A DNA stretch of 64,000 bases from an uncultured Pseudomonadota bacterium (GTDB lineage: Bacteria > Myxococcota_A > Polyangia > Fen-1088), in NCBI GenBank assembly GCA_963847705.1, contig CAWKBC010000025.1, positions 1 through 64,000 on the forward strand. The letters run 5' to 3'. Each line of letters starts with the position of its first letter. Positions within the stretch are counted from its first letter, which is position 1. A program made the position numbers and the translations under genes. Positions 30,824 to 40,647 of this stretch are shown piece after piece. The notes beneath the pieces were generated by a model. The model made no database searches and was not told the origin of the DNA. It was given only the letters and a program-made list of their open reading frames with translations.

Positions 30824-32323
30824 ATGAACATCGCCCTGGATCGAATCGATCCCGACGCGGCCAACGTCGTCCGGAGGTTGAAAGACTCCGGGCACGCCGC
30901 GTACCTGGTGGGCGGCTGTGTGCGCGACCTCCTGCTCGGCCTCAAGCCGAAGGACTTCGACGTCGTCACCAGCGCCACCCCGCAAGAGATCAAACGCCGC
31001 TTTCACAACTCCCGGATCATCGGCCGCCGTTTTCGGCTGGCCCACGTCTTCTTCGGCCCGAAGATCATCGAGACGTCCACCTTCCGCGCCAACCCGCGGG
31101 AGATGGAGGACGACGACAACGACGGCGCCGCGCCCGAGACCGGCGACCTGCTGATCCGGCGGGACAACGTCTTCGGCACGCCCGAACAGGACGCCCGGCG
31201 CCGCGACTTCACCATCAACGGTCTCTTTTACGACATCGATGCCAAGCAGGTGATCGACCACGTCCAGGGGCTGCCCGACCTGGAGACGCGGCTCGTGCGC
31301 ACCATCGGCGACCCCGACATCCGGTTTCGCGAGGATCCCATCCGGATCCTGCGCGCGGTGAAGTTCGCCGCGCGTTGCAACCTGACCATCGAGCCCGAGA
31401 CCTACCGGCGGATGATGGAGCACCGCCAGGAGATCGCCAAGTGCGCTCAGGCCCGCGTCTCCGAGGAGTTTTATCGGTTGCTGCGCGGCGGGGCCGCCAA
31501 GCGCTCGCTGGAGCTGCTGGTGGAGATGGATCTCCTCGAGCTCCTGGTCCCCGAACTGGCCCGCGGGCTCAAGGGGGAGCCGGCCGACGACGAGGCGACG
31601 CTCCGCCGCGCGCGCCTGTGGGGCTACATGGCGGCGCTCGATCGCTCGACGGCGGCCCGTCCGGTCGCGCCGTCGAACGCCCTCATCCTGGCGGCGCTGC
31701 TGCTGCCGCCGCTGCGCGACTCGCTCGATCCCGACAGCAACGGCGTGCGCGACGTGGGGCAGCTGGTGGCGCAGGCGATCGCGCCCGCGCTGGAGCGGTT
31801 GCGCCCCTCGCGCCGGGACAGCGAGCTCGCCCGCCAGATCCTCCTGGCGCTCAGACACCTGCTGGCGTCGAAGAATCCGCGCCGCAGGAAAACGAGGGTC
31901 AACGGAGAGTTCGCCGGGGAAGCGCGGCGGCTGGCCGAGATCGTGCTGGACGCCGAGTCGGCCGACCCGATTCTCGCCGGACGCCCCATCCTGCTCGAGG
32001 GAACCGTGCTCGGCGAAGGGACGCCGGACGAGGCCGCCGCGGGCGGCGAGGAAGAAGAGCCCGAGATCATCTACGTCGACGACGATCGGCACCGCGGTCG
32101 CGGCCGAGACCGGGGACAAGATCGAGGGCAAGACCGGGGACAGGACCGGGGGCGAGGACCCTCGAACGCGCCCCGTCCGCCCCTGGCGCCGTCCACCGCC
32201 GCATCGCCGCCCATGAACCTCGCGGCGCTCGCCAGCGCCGCCCGCGCGCTCCTCACCCCCGAGCTCCGGCCGGCCTTTCTGGGCGGCGGGGCCTTCGGCG
32301 GCCCCTGGAGCCGCGCCGAGTAG
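30824..32323 (+). CDS. pcnB: Poly(A) polymerase I
   Basis: VGGCVRD, KDFDV, PAP-specific IGRRFRLAHV, RRDFTINGLFYD, EDPIRILRA. Confidence 0.93.
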   Translation: MNIALDRIDPDAANVVRRLKDSGHAAYLVGGCVRDLLLGLKPKDFDVVTSATPQEIKRRFHNSRIIGRRFRLAHVFFGPKIIETSTFRANPREMEDDDNDGAAPETGDLLIRRDNVFGTPEQDARRRDFTINGLFYDIDAKQVIDHVQGLPDLETRLVRTIGDPDIRFREDPIRILRAVKFAARCNLTIEPETYRRMMEHRQEIAKCAQARVSEEFYRLLRGGAAKRSLELLVEMDLLELLVPELARGLKGEPADDEATLRRARLWGYMAALDRSTAARPVAPSNALILAALLLPPLRDSLDPDSNGVRDVGQLVAQAIAPALERLRPSRRDSELARQILLALRHLLASKNPRRRKTRVNGEFAGEARRLAEIVLDAESADPILAGRPILLEGTVLGEGTPDEAAAGGEEEEPEIIYVDDDRHRGRGRDRGQDRGQDRGQDRGRGPSNAPRPPLAPSTAASPPMNLAALASAARALLTPELRPAFLGGGAFGGPWSRAE

Positions 32324-32326
32324 CGC

Positions 32327-33004
32327 TCACGCGTAGCGGGTCGGATCCTCGACGCCCGCGAGCTCGAACCCCCGCCGGCGGAGCTGGCACGAGTCGCAGC
32401 CGCCGCAGGCCGCGCCCGCAGGCGAGGGGTCGTAGCAGGAGTGGGTCAGGCCGTAATCGACCCCCAGCTTGATCCCCGCGCGAATGATCTCCGCCTTCGA
32501 CATCTTGATGAGCGGCGCGCGGATGGTGACCGGACGCCGCTCGACGCCGCTCTTGGTTCCGAGGCGCGCCACCTCCTGCATCGCCGCCAGCCATTCGGGC
32601 CGGCAGTCGGGATAGCCGGACGAGTCCAGCACGTTGACCCCCACGACGATCTCCGAGGCCTCGCGCACCTCGGCCAGCGCGATCGCGTAGGCGAGAAAGA
32701 TCGTGTTGCGCGCCGGCACGTAGGTGACCGGAATGCCGCTGCCGATCGCCGCCTCGTCGCGCCCCTTGGGGACGGCGATCTCGTCGGTGAGCGCCGAGCC
32801 GCCAATCGCCCGCAGATCGAGCGTCATGACGTCGTGGCGGGAGGCGCCGAGGGCGCGGGCCACGCGCGCCGCCGCCTCCAGCTCGACGTGGTGTCGTTGC
32901 CCGTAGCGAAACGAAAGCGCGTGACAGCGGTGCCCCGCCGCCCGGGTCATGGCGAGGGCGGTCGCCGAATCGATTCCACCTGACAGAAGCACGATGGCGT
33001 CCAT
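32327..33004 (-). CDS. queC: 7-cyano-7-deazaguanine synthase
   Basis: [28 protein letters not shown]...CGGCDSC. Confidence 0.97.
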   Translation of the reverse strand: MDAIVLLSGGIDSATALAMTRAAGHRCHALSFRYGQRHHVELEAAARVARALGASRHDVMTLDLRAIGGSALTDEIAVPKGRDEAAIGSGIPVTYVPARNTIFLAYAIALAEVREASEIVVGVNVLDSSGYPDCRPEWLAAMQEVARLGTKSGVERRPVTIRAPLIKMSKAEIIRAGIKLGVDYGLTHSCYDPSPAGAACGGCDSCQLRRRGFELAGVEDPTRYA

Positions 33005-33135
33005 GGGGGGCCCAAGCTCCCGCAGCCGACGCCGCGGAGTCAAGCGCCGCCGGCCCGTACACCTCGGCCGCCGGGGCCGCCACATCCGCCAACGGCGATC
33101 CCTCGCCGATCGCCCGCGTACAATGCCCATCGACG

Positions 33136-33981
33136 ATGCCCTCCGCACAGAGCCCGTTCGACGACCCGCTTCTCTACGACTGGGAGTACCGCCGGCGACG
33201 GGACGACGTCCGCTTCTACCGGACGCTGGCCGGCGAACGCGGCGGACCGGTGCTCGATCTCGGCTGCGGGACCGGGCGTCTCATGCTGCCGCTGCTGCGC
33301 GACGGGCACGTCGTCGTCGGCGTCGACCGCGCGCGGCCGATGCTGACCCGCGCCGCTGCCCGGGTGGCGCGCCTCCGCGCCGAGCTGCGGCGGCGGGCGC
33401 TGCTCGTCCGTGGCGATCTGCGGGCGCTGCCTTTCGCGGAGCGAAGTTTCTCCTTCGCCGTGGCGGCGTTTCACACGATCCAGCACTGCGAATCGGACCG
33501 CGAGCTGTTGCAGTTCTTTCGGGGGGCGGCCGCCGCGCTCTTGCCCGGGGGGTGGCTGGCGTTCGACACGTTCGCGCCGACCCGCCGGTTCGTCGAGCGG
33601 CGCGGGCCGTCGGCCCCGACGCGGTTTCGCGATCCGCGGAGCGGACGCGCGACGATCTACACCGAGAGCCACGTTCTCGACGGTCGTGTCCTGGCGATGA
33701 CGTTCCGTTATCAACCCGTCACCGGGGGGACAAAACGAGCCCGGACTGTTTCATTGCGTCACCGTCTGCTTCAACCCCGCGAAATCGAAGCACTGCTGGC
33801 CCGCGCCGGGCTCAGACTGATCGCCAGTTGGGGCTCGTTTGACGGTGTTCCACTCGATCCCGACGACGAGCGCGGCGAGCAACACATCTATTTGGCACGC
33901 ATCGAGCACACCAAAACGAGGGACACCAAAAGCAAGACGAAGCGGAGGACGACGCGCCGCGTGGGCTCGAAACAAAGCTAA
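33136..33981 (+). CDS. Class I SAM-dependent methyltransferase
   Basis: [27 protein letters not shown]. Confidence 0.9.
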   Translation: MPSAQSPFDDPLLYDWEYRRRRDDVRFYRTLAGERGGPVLDLGCGTGRLMLPLLRDGHVVVGVDRARPMLTRAAARVARLRAELRRRALLVRGDLRALPFAERSFSFAVAAFHTIQHCESDRELLQFFRGAAAALLPGGWLAFDTFAPTRRFVERRGPSAPTRFRDPRSGRATIYTESHVLDGRVLAMTFRYQPVTGGTKRARTVSLRHRLLQPREIEALLARAGLRLIASWGSFDGVPLDPDDERGEQHIYLARIEHTKTRDTKSKTKRRTTRRVGSKQS

Positions 33982-34021
33982 AAACAGGGGCCGGACAGGC
34001 GATCGGCGCCGGGAATCCCCC

Positions 34022-34049
34022 TTGACAGCCCTGCGGCCCCCGATACGAT
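34022..34049 (+). promoter_or_regulatory. Sigma70-type promoter
   Basis: TTGACA-N16-TACGAT, 57 nt upstream of the 34107 start; GGAGG RBS present. Confidence 0.65.
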
Positions 34050-34106
34050 GCACGTGACCTTTTGCAGCTGATTTTTTCGCAAACTTTCTGACGGAGGGCC
34101 TCCGAG

Positions 34107-34505
34107 ATGGCGGAGAAAGTCGCAAAGCTGGGTGTCGAGCGTGAGAAGGACTTCATGTATTACGTGAAGGACGGCGAGGTCTGGAAGGTTCAGCGAAAGC
34201 AGCCGGGCGTGCCCAAAGGACGGCCGGAGAAGGTCGCCGACGGTGGTTTTCAGGTCGATACGAACTACATCTACTTCGTCGATCGTGACGGCGACGTTGC
34301 ACGTGCCAAACGGGCCGTCGGCGGGCAGAAGCGAAAGAAGAAGACCGGGCCCGGCAAGTCGAAGAAGGCCGCCGCCCGCAGGAAACCGGCCGCCAAGAAG
34401 AAGGTGGCCGCCAAGAAGAAAGGCGGCCCCAAGAAGAAGGTCGCCGCCAAGAAGAAGTCGGCCGGCAAGAAAAAGCCGGCGGGCAAGAAGAAAGGCCGCC
34501 GCTAG
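34107..34505 (+). CDS. Small basic protein with duplicated beta-rich motif and histone H1-like Lys/Ala tail
   Basis: EKVAKLG..FMYYVKDGEV / EKVADGG..YIYFVDRDGDV followed by KKKVAAKKK repeats; own promoter, RBS and terminator. Confidence 0.85.
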   Translation: MAEKVAKLGVEREKDFMYYVKDGEVWKVQRKQPGVPKGRPEKVADGGFQVDTNYIYFVDRDGDVARAKRAVGGQKRKKKTGPGKSKKAAARRKPAAKKKVAAKKKGGPKKKVAAKKKSAGKKKPAGKKKGRR

Positions 34506-34567
34506 TTGAGCGACCGGTCAGTTGATCAGTTGCTCGGCCGTTGGAGCAGTTGAGCCAACGACGATTC

Positions 34568-34603
34568 AAAGGGCCGCCAGGCATTCGTGCCGGCGGCCCT
34601 TTT
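34568..34603 (+). terminator. Intrinsic terminator, likely bidirectional
   Basis: AAAGGGCCGCC-AGGCA-TTCG-TGCC-GGCGGCCCTTTT between convergent genes. Confidence 0.8.
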
Positions 34604-34626
34604 CATTTGGTCACGGCCGCTCTGCG

Positions 34627-37089
34627 CTATCGACCGCGCCCGCGTCGACCGCCGCCGCCACCGCGACGCCGGCTGTTCCCTCCGGCGGTGCCGCCGCGCC
34701 GCGAGGGCTTGCGGCGATTGACCGAGGCTGCGGCAGCCGCATCAGCGACGACCACCGCCGACGCCGGGGTCGCATCCCAGGGCGGCTGGTAGGCGAACCG
34801 GTAGAGGATCCAGACGAACCCCAGCAGCGTCGCGATCGACATCGCCATGTACTGCTCGTCGAGCCACTGCGACCACTTGAGCCCCATCCAGGGCTTCACG
34901 TCGGGGATGTAACGGGTCGGCGACCAGTCGATGAGGCCGGTCATCGCCGTGATCCCCAGCAGGATGACGCCGGCCTCGCGGCGCTTGTGATAGAGCAGCG
35001 CGATCGCGAACAGGAACGAGTAGTAGTAGCAGGTCAGCTCGACGCCCACGGCCATCATCATCGCGCCGAGCGAGCAGGCCACCCACGGCTCGGCGTCGCG
35101 CAGCGCTTGATAGAGCAGCACCACGAATCCGCCAGCCAGGAGGACATAGAGCGGATAGCGCGCGTGGAAGGTCCTCACCTTCTGCCGCTTCCAGGGGCCC
35201 CAGGGGTCCTCCTGCCGATCGTCCTTCATCACGCGGCCCGCTTCCGACGGGCTGTAGGCGACGACCGTGCGCAGCCCCATGTAGTTGGTGAGCGGCGTCT
35301 CCTTGTGCTTGTTGGTGTTGAAGATGAAGGCGCGGTAGCCGGCGATGCCGTTGCTCGTCACCAAGCTGATGGGCACCAGGATGGCGGCCGCCAGCGCCCC
35401 GCCGGCCAGGATCGCCACGAAGCGGCGATCCGCGCGGGCGACGAGCGCTCGCCAGGAGTCCCAGGGCTCCGGCTTCCACCAGGGGCGCGGCGGCGGCCCG
35501 TCGCTCGCCGCCACTGTGCCCGCCCCCGCGGCCTCGGCAGAGCCCTTCTCGGACGGCGTGTCCGAAGGGAAGACGCCCACCTTGCCCCAGAGCTGCCGGA
35601 TCAGCACCAGGATCGGGCCGGAAAAAATGAAGAGCGGGAAGATGCGCAGCAGCGTCGAATAGCCGAGGAAGAACCCGCCCAGGAGCGGGCGGTCCTTCTT
35701 CACCAGGCAGACCCCCCCCACCAGGTAGAACAGCCAGTCCCAGCGCAAGAGCGAGCCGCCCGTCCAATAGAAGCGTGAGGGGAAGTTGGTGGCGAACACC
35801 GCCAGCGCGACGCACATGGTGCGCCAGCCGAACGCCCACCAGGACATGAGGATGATCCCGAAGATGAAGAACGGATCGATCTTGGTGAGGAAGCTGACCT
35901 GGGCGTCGCTGATCGGCGACAGGTTCGTCAGCGTCGTACCGACGATGTTCCAGACCGGCGAGCCGTTGTAGCCGTGGTCGGTCTGCGCCTCTTCCCAGCG
36001 CTTGATGTCGTGGTGGTTCCGGAAGTAGGCGACGTCGTGCCTGAAGTCGGCCCAGCGCTCCGCCGTGAAGTGGACCTTGCAGGTGCCGATCGGGTCGGCC
36101 ATGACGTTCTTGGTGTCGACCATCATGTTGGTGCGCAGGTTCATGATCTTGCGCAGCTCGACCCGACGCTTCAGCCCCGGCTCCTCGGCGTCGGCCACCG
36201 CGACGCACTCGTAGAGGCGGTCGTACGACAGCTCTTTGAAGTACTTCGAGCCGATGTAGTAGTGGAACGTGTCCCACATGTGGACGTAGTTCCCGAAGTG
36301 GAAGCTGAAGAAGTTCCAGTAGGCGCAGAACGACAGCACGCCGACCACCATCAGCAGGCGATCGCGCAGCTTGCGCTTCCAGTCGGGGCGCCCCTTCCTG
36401 GCCAGCCAGATCCCCCAGCCGATGAGCGCCATTGCCGCCAGCGCCAGGCACATCTCCAACCGCGAGCTGGCGTCGTTCTCCCACCAGGCGAACTTCCAGA
36501 ATCCCGGCTCGACGACGATGGCCGGCGGCGCGTTGCTGATGTTCAGCTTCGGGGGGAACGGCGTGGGCGCGCGGCAGTAGGCCTGGAACTCGGCGATCGA
36601 GTAGGCCCCGTCACCGACCGGCTCGCCGACCTTGAGGAAGCGGACCGGCGTGGGGTCGATGGTGGCGGTCCGCGTGCGGAAGCCGTGCCCCTGCGAGGCG
36701 ACCACGTTGTCGATCTCGACCAGCAGCTTGAACGCCTCCGGTCTGTTCACGTCGGCGCCGAAGATCTTGTAGGTGTCGTTGGCGTCGGCCTGGAGCAGGA
36801 ACGACGAGACCGGACGGATCGACCCGAGGTCGTAGGTCAACGACCCGGCGGGCGTCTCCAGGATCACGCCGACCGGCGCGTCCCACTGCGCCCCCTCGGG
36901 CGCGGCGGCGTTGTCCGTGGGCAGGTTGAAATCGCCTCGGATGTCCTGGCGCCAGACGGGGACCTTGCGCCCGAGAAGGTTGTCGGTCGTGCAGTCGCCC
37001 GACGACTGCAGCGCCTGCGCGCCTGCGCGGCCCGACGCCAGCGTGACCAGCGCGAACCCCAACCCCAAGGCTAATTTACGGGAGATCAC
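34627..37089 (-). CDS. Polytopic membrane protein with N-terminal discoidin-like domain; possible GT-C glycosyltransferase
   Basis: Signal peptide, LTYDLG..YSIAEFQAY beta-domain, ~10 TM helices, loop WDTFHYYIGSKYF after a TM pair. Confidence 0.7.
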   Translation of the reverse strand: MISRKLALGLGFALVTLASGRAGAQALQSSGDCTTDNLLGRKVPVWRQDIRGDFNLPTDNAAAPEGAQWDAPVGVILETPAGSLTYDLGSIRPVSSFLLQADANDTYKIFGADVNRPEAFKLLVEIDNVVASQGHGFRTRTATIDPTPVRFLKVGEPVGDGAYSIAEFQAYCRAPTPFPPKLNISNAPPAIVVEPGFWKFAWWENDASSRLEMCLALAAMALIGWGIWLARKGRPDWKRKLRDRLLMVVGVLSFCAYWNFFSFHFGNYVHMWDTFHYYIGSKYFKELSYDRLYECVAVADAEEPGLKRRVELRKIMNLRTNMMVDTKNVMADPIGTCKVHFTAERWADFRHDVAYFRNHHDIKRWEEAQTDHGYNGSPVWNIVGTTLTNLSPISDAQVSFLTKIDPFFIFGIILMSWWAFGWRTMCVALAVFATNFPSRFYWTGGSLLRWDWLFYLVGGVCLVKKDRPLLGGFFLGYSTLLRIFPLFIFSGPILVLIRQLWGKVGVFPSDTPSEKGSAEAAGAGTVAASDGPPPRPWWKPEPWDSWRALVARADRRFVAILAGGALAAAILVPISLVTSNGIAGYRAFIFNTNKHKETPLTNYMGLRTVVAYSPSEAGRVMKDDRQEDPWGPWKRQKVRTFHARYPLYVLLAGGFVVLLYQALRDAEPWVACSLGAMMMAVGVELTCYYYSFLFAIALLYHKRREAGVILLGITAMTGLIDWSPTRYIPDVKPWMGLKWSQWLDEQYMAMSIATLLGFVWILYRFAYQPPWDATPASAVVVADAAAAASVNRRKPSRRGGTAGGNSRRRGGGGGRRGRGR

Positions 37090-37190
37090 AGCGGGGCGAC
37101 ATTACCACCAAATTCGCCGGGCCAACCTGGGGTTTGCCGCGCACAGTCCAGTCGCGGCGAGCCCCCACCTATGCGATTCTTCGGGGCTTC

Positions 37191-38510
37191 ATGCACCCGA
37201 GTCTCGCGCTGCTGCTGACGGCGGTGATGGTCCTGGCCAACGCCTTCTTCGTCGCGGCCGAGTTCGCCTTCGTCAAGATCCGCCCGACGCGGCTGCAGCA
37301 GCTGGCCAAGGAGGGACGCCGGCGCGCCCGTCTCCTCATCACCATCACCCAGCAGCTTCCGGCCTATCTGTCGGCCAGTCAGCTGGGCATCACGGTGGCG
37401 TCGCTGACGCTGGGCTGGCTGGGTGAGCCGGCCTTCGCCGCAATCCTGCGGCCGGCGCTCCACCGCGCCGGCGCGATGTCCGAACGAACGGTGCACACGC
37501 TGGCCGCCACGGTCAGCCTCATCGTCATCACCTTCCTGCACACCGTGCTGGGGGAGCTGGCACCGAAGGCGCTGGCGATCCAGCTCACCGAGCCGATCGC
37601 GCTGTGGGCGGTGGTGCCGTTCCGGGTGTTCTACGTGATCACCTTCCCGATCATCTGGATGCTCAAGGGGGCGGCGGCGCTGGTGCTCAAGATCCTGCGA
37701 CTGCCGCCGGTCTCCGAGGCAGAGATGGTCCACTCCCCCGACGAGCTGCGCCTGGTCCTGCAGCACGTCCACCTCGATCCCGGAGCCCGCCGCCTCATCG
37801 ATCGGGTGTTCGACTACACCCATCGGCTGGCGCGCCACGTGATGACGTTGCGGCGCGACGTCGTCACCCTGGAGGCGGGACGGCCGTTCGAGGACAACCT
37901 GCGGATCGCCGTGGCCAACCAGTACACCCGATACCCGCTGGTCGAGCCGGTGACCGACCGCGTGGTCGGCTACGTCCACCTCAAGGACATCGTGACGGCG
38001 CTGGCCTCGGACACGCGACCGGCCCGGATGCGGGAGCTGGTGCGCGAACCGATCTACGCCTCGGAGGACACGCGGCTCGAGTGGCTGCGGCGCGAGTTCC
38101 AGCGCCGCCGCGTGCACATCGCCGTCATCCTCGGCTCGGGCCACACCTTCACGGGGATCGTCACGCTCGAAGATCTCGTCGAGGAGGTGGTCGGCGAGAT
38201 TCAAGACGAGCAGGACGCCGAGGAGATTCCCCCCATTCGTCGCAACGCCGACGGCAGCTTCGACGTCGACGGTCGCCTCACGCTCGACGTCGCCGCGCGC
38301 GAGCTCGGTCTCATCTTCCCCAAGGTCCCGCCCGAGGTGGAGACGCTGGGCGGCTTCATCATCACGCAGCTCCCCGAGCTCCCCGTCCCCGGCGACGAGA
38401 TCTCGACGGTGGGGTTCCACTTCACCGTCCTCGACGTGCGCGATCGGCGCGTCCGGCGCCTGCACGCCGTGCCATTGCCCGCCGGGGAGCCTCCGACCTC
38501 CGAGGGGTGA
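37191..38510 (+). CDS. Hemolysin-family CNNM/CBS/CorC_HlyC protein
   Basis: NAFFVAAEFA, QLGIT, GELAPK, YTRYP, GIVTLEDLVEEVVGEIQDE, ETLGGF. Confidence 0.95.
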   Translation: MHPSLALLLTAVMVLANAFFVAAEFAFVKIRPTRLQQLAKEGRRRARLLITITQQLPAYLSASQLGITVASLTLGWLGEPAFAAILRPALHRAGAMSERTVHTLAATVSLIVITFLHTVLGELAPKALAIQLTEPIALWAVVPFRVFYVITFPIIWMLKGAAALVLKILRLPPVSEAEMVHSPDELRLVLQHVHLDPGARRLIDRVFDYTHRLARHVMTLRRDVVTLEAGRPFEDNLRIAVANQYTRYPLVEPVTDRVVGYVHLKDIVTALASDTRPARMRELVREPIYASEDTRLEWLRREFQRRRVHIAVILGSGHTFTGIVTLEDLVEEVVGEIQDEQDAEEIPPIRRNADGSFDVDGRLTLDVAARELGLIFPKVPPEVETLGGFIITQLPELPVPGDEISTVGFHFTVLDVRDRRVRRLHAVPLPAGEPPTSEG

Positions 38511-38597
38511 TCCCTATCATTTCGGTGATTTGCGACGGCGCTTACAAAAAAACCAACTTTTTTGAGCCCGATCACGCCGGAATAGCCACTTACCCAT

Positions 38598-40625
38598 ATG
38601 GTGCGCCCCCGGTACCGAGGATTGGGTGCGGGCATTGTCGCGCTGGCATTGGCGACCCTCACCCCAGGTTGTGCTCCCAGCTCCCCGGACACGAACGGTC
38701 CGGACATCGGCGCGGTCGACAGCGATCCGCACGCGGTCACCGGCGAGTTCGTGACCTACATCGCCGACAAGCGAGACGGCACCACCGAGTGGTGGCACGC
38801 CGTCCGCACGTCCGACGGACGTGAGGTCCGGCTCGACTTCGACACGCCGTCCCTGACCGCGACCGGGACCCAGGTGCGCGTTCACGGCGACGTCGTCGGC
38901 GCACGAATGCACGTCGCGACGCTGGAGGAGCTCCCGGCGCTGCAGATCGCCGCCGAAGGGGAGCCGCCGCCGACCACCTACGCCGCGCCGTCGCCCGACT
39001 CCTACGCACTGGTGCTCGTCGATCTGGGCAGCGGCGTCAACCTCACGGCGGCGCAGGGGCAGGCCTACCTCGCCAGCCAGACCCCGACCGATAAATCATT
39101 CGCCGCGTATTACGACGAGGTGTCGTACGGGAAGTATCAAGTGACCGGCTCGGTCATCGGCCCCTACCCCTTCTCGATGACCACCTGTGACACCACCGGG
39201 ATGTACAAGGCGATCGAGCCGATGATCACCGGCACGTACAACCACCTCATCTACTACTTCAACGAGACCAGCCTCTGCGACTTCGGCGGGCTCGGGGAAG
39301 AAGGCTCCTCTTTGAAGCCGGCCAAGCGGACCTGGATGAACGGCTCGCTCAGCTGCGTGGTCCTGATGCAGGAGCCGGGGCACAACCTCGGCCTCATGCA
39401 CGCCAACACCATCAAGTGCGGCACCAGCAGCTTCTCCACCACGCCGGCCACCTCCTGCACGATCACCGAGTACGGCAGCTCGATGACGACGATGGGTGGC
39501 GGCTGCAAGCAGTTCAACGCCTACGAGCGCTGGTACATGAGCTGGCTCTCCGGCTGCAACGGCGTCAAGACGCCGGCGAACGGCACCTTCAACCTGCTGC
39601 CTCTCGAGACCAACTGCTCGGGCGGCACCGGGATCCAGGTGTTGCAGGTCCCGTTCCCCGCGACGCTGACGGTCAGCGATCCGCAGTCGACGACCACCGC
39701 CGTCAACCTCAACGACTACTACGTCGAGCTGCGCACCGCGGGCGGCATCTTCGACGCCTACGCCACGCGCGCGCCGACCTCGGGCGTCGTCTTCACCGGG
39801 CCCACGGTCTTCGTCTACGCCAGCGACAACATCCGGGTGCCCACGACGAGCACGCGCGGCGGCACCACCCAGCAGAACAGCGTCTGGACCGAGCTGCTCA
39901 ACATGAACCCCTCCGCGAACGCCTTCGCCGGGCTCACCACGGCCGGGCAGAGCTTCGTCGATCCGGCGGGCGGCCCGACGATCACGCTGACCTCGATCAG
40001 CGCGACGGGCGCCACCGTGACCGTCAGCTACCCGAACGGCGGAACCGGCTCGCCCACCTGCATCGACGGCACGGCGCTGACGGCGCCCGGGCCGACCAGC
40101 TGCACGGGCTCGACGACCGGCACCGGTGGCACGACCGGCACCACTGCCACCGGCGGAACGACCGGCGCCGCGGGCGCCAAAGGCACCGGGGGAACCACCG
40201 GCGCGGCTGGTGCCAAGGGGACCGGCGGGACGACCACCACCGGCGCCGCCGGCGCCAAAGGGACCGGCGGGACGACCACCACCGGCACCGGCGGCTCCAC
40301 CACCGGCACCGGAACCGGCGGCTCCACGACGGTGACGGGAACGGGCGGCTCCACGACCACCGGGACCGGCGGCAACGGCACAACGACCGGTGCCGGAGGG
40401 ACCTCCACCTCCGGAAACGGCGGCGCGACGGGCGCCGGAACAGGAGGCGCCGGCGCCGGCAGCGCGACGCCGATCGACGAGACCCCCGCCACGCTGACGG
40501 GCGGATGCTCGTGCAGCTTCGATGCGGCTCACCCGTCCGGCTCGCCCCCCGGGCTCTGGTTGGCGCTCGGCGGCCTCGTCGGTGTCGGCCTCGTCCGCGC
40601 GCGGCGCCCCCGCAAGCGCGGCTGA
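38598..40625 (+). CDS. Secreted M11 (gametolysin)-like zincin with Gly/Thr linker and MYXO-CTERM
   Basis: QEPGHNLGLMH, EYG...TMG Met-turn, C-terminal GGCSC-TM-Arg tail. Confidence 0.75.
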   Translation: MVRPRYRGLGAGIVALALATLTPGCAPSSPDTNGPDIGAVDSDPHAVTGEFVTYIADKRDGTTEWWHAVRTSDGREVRLDFDTPSLTATGTQVRVHGDVVGARMHVATLEELPALQIAAEGEPPPTTYAAPSPDSYALVLVDLGSGVNLTAAQGQAYLASQTPTDKSFAAYYDEVSYGKYQVTGSVIGPYPFSMTTCDTTGMYKAIEPMITGTYNHLIYYFNETSLCDFGGLGEEGSSLKPAKRTWMNGSLSCVVLMQEPGHNLGLMHANTIKCGTSSFSTTPATSCTITEYGSSMTTMGGGCKQFNAYERWYMSWLSGCNGVKTPANGTFNLLPLETNCSGGTGIQVLQVPFPATLTVSDPQSTTTAVNLNDYYVELRTAGGIFDAYATRAPTSGVVFTGPTVFVYASDNIRVPTTSTRGGTTQQNSVWTELLNMNPSANAFAGLTTAGQSFVDPAGGPTITLTSISATGATVTVSYPNGGTGSPTCIDGTALTAPGPTSCTGSTTGTGGTTGTTATGGTTGAAGAKGTGGTTGAAGAKGTGGTTTTGAAGAKGTGGTTTTGTGGSTTGTGTGGSTTVTGTGGSTTTGTGGNGTTTGAGGTSTSGNGGATGAGTGGAGAGSATPIDETPATLTGGCSCSFDAAHPSGSPPGLWLALGGLVGVGLVRARRPRKRG

Positions 40626-40647
40626 GCGTGCCGGGCGCCGCAGCACC

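Noticed and set aside
32095-32160. 12-bp tandem repeat in pcnB
   Set aside because: Encodes a low-complexity RGQD tail with synonymous variation.
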